Part shown: piece after piece, positions 6,666-10,791 of the stretch
How positions within the stretch are numbered: position 1 is the stretch's first letter
Layout: the number at the start of each line of letters is the position of its first letter
NCBI GenBank assembly: GCA_031409335.1
Contig: JANNWY010000192.1
Span: 1 to 10,791 of the forward strand
DNA: 10,791 bases
Reading direction: 5' to 3'
From: Chthoniobacteraceae bacterium
GTDB taxonomy: Bacteria > Verrucomicrobiota > Verrucomicrobiia > Chthoniobacterales > Chthoniobacteraceae
Translations under genes and position numbers: made by a program
The notes under the pieces: model-generated
Database searches by the model: none
What the model was told of the DNA's origin: nothing
Seen by the model: the letters and a program-made list of their open reading frames with translations, nothing else

Positions 6666-9600
6666 ATGAGCGCGCCTTTCGACCAGCCGCAGCGCGACCG
6701 CTTCATCACCGAGTTGGATCGCAATTTTTCCGTCGTCGCCTCCGCCGGCAGCGGAAAGACGCGCGCGATCACGGATCGCATCACCGCCATCGCACGCAGT
6801 CCACGCGCAACGGAACTGCTGCCCACGCTCGTCGTCGTCACCTTCACCAATCGCGCCGCCGACGAAATGCAGCAGCGCGCGCGACAATGCATCCTCGACG
6901 AGCGCGTGTCGCTCGATGTCCTCGCCGCGTTCAATCGCGCGTTCTTCGGCACGATTCACAGCTTTTGCGTGAAGCTCCTGCGCCAGCACGGCCATCATCT
7001 CGGGTTGCCGGGAAAACTCGACCTGCTGCAAAATGACAGCGCGCTTTGGATGGAATATGTGCAGCAGCAGACCACGCTCGCCACGCGGCTCACCGACGCG
7101 CAACGCCGATGCCTGCTGCGTCTCGTGCCCGTGCGCGAACTCATGGAACTCGGCCGCACCGCGAACGCGCCTGGCGACGCGGAGACACCGCGCGATTGCC
7201 CGCCGGTCGAATGTGACAACGTATTCGCCTTCATCGGAAGAGGCGCGGCGAAGAATACGATCGCGGCCACACAAGAGCGGCTCCGCGAGTGGGAGCGCGC
7301 GTGGCGCGAGGGCGACGGCTTCCTGCCGCTGCCGGAATGCAGCTCAAAGGCAAAAGAGTTCGCGGCTTTGTGGGAGACGACGCTCGGACCGATCCGCGAG
7401 TGGTTGCGCTGCTGCTCGCTCCACACGGCTGCGGAAATCGCGCGGGAATATCGCGCGTTCCGGCTCGCAAAAGGCGCGATCCGTTACGACGATCAGATCT
7501 CGCTCGCGGGCGAGCTGCTGCGCGCGCCGGAAGCCGCGCGCCGCATCCGTGAGCGGAACTACCGCGTCATCCTCGACGAAGCGCAGGACACCGATCCCGC
7601 GCAGTTCGACGTGCTGCTCGCGATCACTCACCCGCCGGATGCCACCAGCGAGCATCCGCGTCCCGGACACTTCTGCATGGTCGGCGATTTCCAGCAGTCG
7701 ATCTTTGGGGAACGCGCGGATCTTTCGCACTATCGCAGCGTTCACGATGCGCTGATCAGCAGCCCGGCGGGTGAGTCCGTCACGTTCTCGGTCACATTCC
7801 GCCTGGATGAAAAGCAGATCGAGTTTGTGAATGAGATCTTCCCGAGCGTGCTCACCAACACGGATCGGCAGGTCGCGTTCGTTCCGCTCAATGCCCGCCC
7901 AAATGTGCTGCCCGGCCAGATCATCCGCTTCGACCTCGGCGAGCTGCCACAGATGGATGGATGGAACGATTGGAAACGCACGCAACTCGAAGCCCGCCGA
8001 CTCGCCGCATGGCTGCGCGAGCAAGGCCTGGAGCGGCTCCGCGCGCGATCGTGGCGCGATGTCGCGATCCTGTGTCCGCGCAAAAATTGGTTTGCACCAC
8101 TGCGCGACGCACTGCGGGCGGAAGGCATCGAAGTACAGATTCAATCCGAGCGCGATCTCAAGGGCGACAGCCCGGCATACGCGTGGTTCACCGCACTCGC
8201 CGCCATCATCGCCGCGCCGCGCGATGGCTACCAAATCGTCGGCGTCCTGCGGGAAGTGTTTGGCATCTCCGATCACGAACTCGCCGCATTTTCCCAAGCC
8301 GACGGCACCCGTTTTCAAATCGCCACAGCAACTGCGCGCACCGGCGTCGTTGGCGAAACGCTGAACCTGCTCGCCGGAATTCGCACCCGTGTCGCCGACC
8401 TCCCGCTCTTCACCGCGATGCAGGAAATCGTCAGCGCCACGCGCCTCCGCGATCGGCTCCTGGCCTTGCCTGCGGATGTGTTTGAACACTCAACCACCGA
8501 ACTCGACGACCTGCTCACCCTCGCCGCAAGCGCCGAGGCCGCGGAGAAAACGCTCGCGGACTTTGCCGAAGATCTGCGCGCGGATTTCAGCGCGACTCGC
8601 GAAGTGCGGACCACCTCGCGCGATGCGATCCAGCTCATCACGATTCACAAGGCGAAGGGCTCCGAATGGCAGGCCGTCATCATTCCATTTTTCGCGCGCG
8701 GCGTGCGGCAGCGGAGCCGCGGCTACCCGCGCCTGCTCAGGCATCCCGGCACGGGCGTGCTTCACCCCGCGCTCGATGCGGAAGACATCACCGCCGGGCT
8801 AAAGGAACTGCTCGATATGGAGAGCCGCCAGGAGCTGGAGCGTCTGCTCTACGTCGCGCTCACCCGCGCAAAACACACGCTCGTCCTAGCGCACGATCAC
8901 GCGCTTTTCAGCGGCAAAACCGGGCTGCCGAAAAATGCGCCCGCGCGGCTCCTGAATTGCGGCGAACCATCGCGCTTCACCGCACTGCAAACCACGCTCG
9001 CGCCGTGCGCCGCGACCCGTGCGCATCAAGCCGCCACGCTCGAAAACCGTGCCCTCGAACACACCGTCGAGCCGCTGCTCCCCTGCCCGCCCGACGCTTT
9101 GTCCGCCGCCCGCGCACGCGCCACGCTTTTCATCAAACGCAATCCCAGCGCCCTCGCCGAAGCCGCGCTCGCGGACGCTGAATCCACCGCGTTTCTCGAA
9201 CCGATCCCACAACATCGAGGCACCGAAAACTCCGGCACGCGCTACGGCATTCGGTGGCACAGTTTTATGGAGCGCGTCGACTGGCGGGCCGATCCCGCAG
9301 CGTGGGATTCGCTCTTTGGTGAGGCACTCGGCGATTCACCGGAAGCGGAACTTTTCACCACGGAATGGACCCAGCTCCGCGACCAGCTCGCCGGCAACAG
9401 CGAACTCGCGCGACTCCTGCGAAAACCCGGTCTCATCGCCCACGCGGAAATGCCGTTCCTGTGGGCGATGAACGAACGCGAGTGCCTCGAAGGCATCATC
9501 GACCTCGCCATCTTCGACCCCGCGACCGGGGCGTGGCTCATCCTCGATTGGAAAACGAATCGTCCCACGGATGGCGGCGCGCAGAGTCTGCACGACCACT

Positions 9601-9785
9601 ACCGCCCGCAACTCAGCGCCTATTGGCGGGCCGTTTCCCAGATGCTCGGCGCGCCCGTCAGCGCCGGGCTCTACTCCACCGCCTTCGCACGCTGGCTGCC
9701 GTATGAATCTGACGCACTCGCGGCAGCGTGGAGTTCACTTGAAAATCAGCCGGCGAAGATCGCAAACGCGCTGGCTGAACGGTAG
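6666..9785 (+). CDS. addA: AddA/RexA-like UvrD-family (SF1A) helicase with C-terminal RecB-type nuclease (1039 aa)
   Basis: Walker A ASAGSGKT (6738-6761), Ia VTFTNRAADEM, Ib GTIHSF, II ILDEAQD, III VGDFQQSIF, IV VTFR, V ITIHKAKGSEW, VI RLLYVALTRAK. Nuclease motifs G..WH, AEMPF, EGIIDL, ILDWKT, QLSAY. ATG 6666 chosen because TTG 6636 is inside the repeat. Confidence 0.92.
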   Translation: MSAPFDQPQRDRFITELDRNFSVVASAGSGKTRAITDRITAIARSPRATELLPTLVVVTFTNRAADEMQQRARQCILDERVSLDVLAAFNRAFFGTIHSFCVKLLRQHGHHLGLPGKLDLLQNDSALWMEYVQQQTTLATRLTDAQRRCLLRLVPVRELMELGRTANAPGDAETPRDCPPVECDNVFAFIGRGAAKNTIAATQERLREWERAWREGDGFLPLPECSSKAKEFAALWETTLGPIREWLRCCSLHTAAEIAREYRAFRLAKGAIRYDDQISLAGELLRAPEAARRIRERNYRVILDEAQDTDPAQFDVLLAITHPPDATSEHPRPGHFCMVGDFQQSIFGERADLSHYRSVHDALISSPAGESVTFSVTFRLDEKQIEFVNEIFPSVLTNTDRQVAFVPLNARPNVLPGQIIRFDLGELPQMDGWNDWKRTQLEARRLAAWLREQGLERLRARSWRDVAILCPRKNWFAPLRDALRAEGIEVQIQSERDLKGDSPAYAWFTALAAIIAAPRDGYQIVGVLREVFGISDHELAAFSQADGTRFQIATATARTGVVGETLNLLAGIRTRVADLPLFTAMQEIVSATRLRDRLLALPADVFEHSTTELDDLLTLAASAEAAEKTLADFAEDLRADFSATREVRTTSRDAIQLITIHKAKGSEWQAVIIPFFARGVRQRSRGYPRLLRHPGTGVLHPALDAEDITAGLKELLDMESRQELERLLYVALTRAKHTLVLAHDHALFSGKTGLPKNAPARLLNCGEPSRFTALQTTLAPCAATRAHQAATLENRALEHTVEPLLPCPPDALSAARARATLFIKRNPSALAEAALADAESTAFLEPIPQHRGTENSGTRYGIRWHSFMERVDWRADPAAWDSLFGEALGDSPEAELFTTEWTQLRDQLAGNSELARLLRKPGLIAHAEMPFLWAMNERECLEGIIDLAIFDPATGAWLILDWKTNRPTDGGAQSLHDHYRPQLSAYWRAVSQMLGAPVSAGLYSTAFARWLPYESDALAAAWSSLENQPAKIANALAER

Positions 9786-9791
9786 TCCGCG

Positions 9792-10667
9792 TCATTGCCG
9801 CAGCAGGATCATGCTGGCGAAATTGATCGCTTGAGCCCGGCCTTCGCGATCGGTGAGAAAGACGACTTGCTCATCCACGTACATGCCCGCCGGTAGCGCA
9901 CAGACATTCCGGTTCACGGGCGTGAGCCGGTAATCGACCATGTTTTCCGTCATCGCATAAAAATGGCCGTGTCGCTCGCTGATGATGAGCGGGATGAAGT
10001 CCGGGCCGTAACTGCCGAGGAAAGCGCGCCACTCCTGCGGCAGCGGGGCGGGCCTGGCTGGAACGCGAGTGTATTTTTGTGAGCCGATCGAGAAGGTGCC
10101 GCGCTCGAATGCGACGGGCGCGGCGTCTTCGATCCGGCTGTCGGCGGCAAATTGCAGCGGTCCCAGCGGCGTGAATTTCGTGTGCTGCCCCGCGAGGTTT
10201 CCCACGAGTTTTCCATCGCGCACTTCGAGCCGCGCCCAATGACTCTGCGATTCGTAATCACCCGCGAACGCGGCGAGATCGTCCGGCTGGAAAGGCGCGG
10301 GCGGTGCGGGCGGACGCTCGCCGTTTTTCGCATCGAGCATGAGCGAAAGCGCGGCATTGCTGATGCGATGCACCCGCGCATTCACGATGTCTTCGTTCGC
10401 CAAAACGATGATCGCGAGCTTTGCGTCGGGCAGCACGACGAGCCAAGTGCTGTGACCATAAACCGCGCCGCTGTGGCTGACGGTGCGATGTTCGCGAAAT
10501 TTTCCGATGAGAAAACCGAGGCCAAAACCGGCGGCGTCCACGGTCAGTTGCGGACGCCACATTTCAGCGAGTGTTTCCGGTTTCACAAGACGGCCATCGT
10601 TCGCGATCAGCGCGGATGCGAAGCGGGCGATGTCCTCGACGGGCGCGTAAAGATTGCCCGCCGGGAT
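9792..10667 (-). CDS. Beta-lactamase/PBP-family serine hydrolase, C-terminal ~290 aa only (5' part absent)
   Basis: IPAGNLY...DIARF, FGLGF, SHSG..YG (the KTG-equivalent triad) and LAIIVLAN are typical of the C-terminal half of AmpC-like serine hydrolases. Two small C-terminal domains follow (FAGDY..., FLGSYG...). SxxK and YxN motifs are missing because the frame runs into the inverted copy. The ORF-track start at 10730 lies in non-homologous antisense sequence. Confidence 0.85.
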   Translation of the reverse strand: MPAGNLYAPVEDIARFASALIANDGRLVKPETLAEMWRPQLTVDAAGFGLGFLIGKFREHRTVSHSGAVYGHSTWLVVLPDAKLAIIVLANEDIVNARVHRISNAALSLMLDAKNGERPPAPPAPFQPDDLAAFAGDYESQSHWARLEVRDGKLVGNLAGQHTKFTPLGPLQFAADSRIEDAAPVAFERGTFSIGSQKYTRVPARPAPLPQEWRAFLGSYGPDFIPLIISERHGHFYAMTENMVDYRLTPVNRNVCALPAGMYVDEQVVFLTDREGRAQAINFASMILLRQ

Positions 10668-10791
10668 TCTTTTCTCGACCGCGGACGATGTCGCGCGTTT
10701 TGCGTCCGCACTCATCGCGAATGACGGCAAACTCGTGAAACCAGAAACGTTCGCCGATATGTGCCGTCCACAACTAACGACAGACGCCGCC
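10530..10791. repeat. Imperfect 131-bp-arm inverted repeat (fold-back) with no spacer, centred at 10660/10661
   Basis: Manual ungapped alignment of 10661-10791 against the reverse complement of 10530-10660 gives 96/131 identities (73%). It runs to the window end. Confidence 0.95.
10657..10791 (+). other. Internal fragment of a second, diverged serine-hydrolase homologue on the opposite strand (not in the ORF track)
   Basis: Translates as PAGILFSTADDVARFASALIANDGKLVKPETFADMCRPQLTTDAA versus PAGNLYAPVEDIARFASALIANDGRLVKPETLAEMWRPQLTVDAA on the - strand. An in-frame TAA lies upstream at 10648-10650. The frame is open to the window end. Confidence 0.88.

Noticed and set aside
7952..7963. GATG x3 microsatellite in addA as a phase-variation tract
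   Set aside because: Only three units, the reading frame is intact, and it is explained by the encoded Q-M-D-G-W.
3605..9785. Helicase plus nuclease pair as a novel anti-phage defence system
   Set aside because: Sizes, gene order and motifs match housekeeping AddAB/RexAB double-strand-break repair, and the neighbours include core genes.
10668..10730. ORF-track N-terminus MPSFAMSADAKRATSSAVEKR for the serine hydrolase
   Set aside because: It is the antisense reading of the inverted homologue fragment and lacks the catalytic SxxK/YxN region.
10530..10791. Diverged repeat pair as a DGR template/variable repeat
   Set aside because: Mismatches involve all bases and about half are synonymous rather than adenine-specific. 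No reverse transcriptase gene is in the window.

Overview
GC-rich bacterial chromosomal region. Gene style and heptamer intergenic repeats suggest a Verrucomicrobia-like organism (inference). The + strand carries the 3' part of thrS, an uncharacterised GxSxG alpha/beta hydrolase, corA, and an addB/addA-like (RexBA-type) helicase-nuclease pair. A 5'-truncated beta-lactamase-family serine hydrolase converges from the - strand. The most unusual feature is the last 262 nt (10530-10791), an imperfect fold-back centred at 10660/10661. Its right arm is a diverged homologue of the same hydrolase segment (96/131 nt identical, 18 of 35 mismatches synonymous) joined head-to-head at a quasi-palindromic P-A-G motif. 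This is most likely a chimeric junction at a contig end, but a real inverted duplication is not excluded. Both gaps flanking addB are filled by 7-bp tandem-repeat elements, one of them a clear ~104-bp palindrome. The AddB-like protein keeps an intact nuclease site but lacks the Fe-S cysteines.
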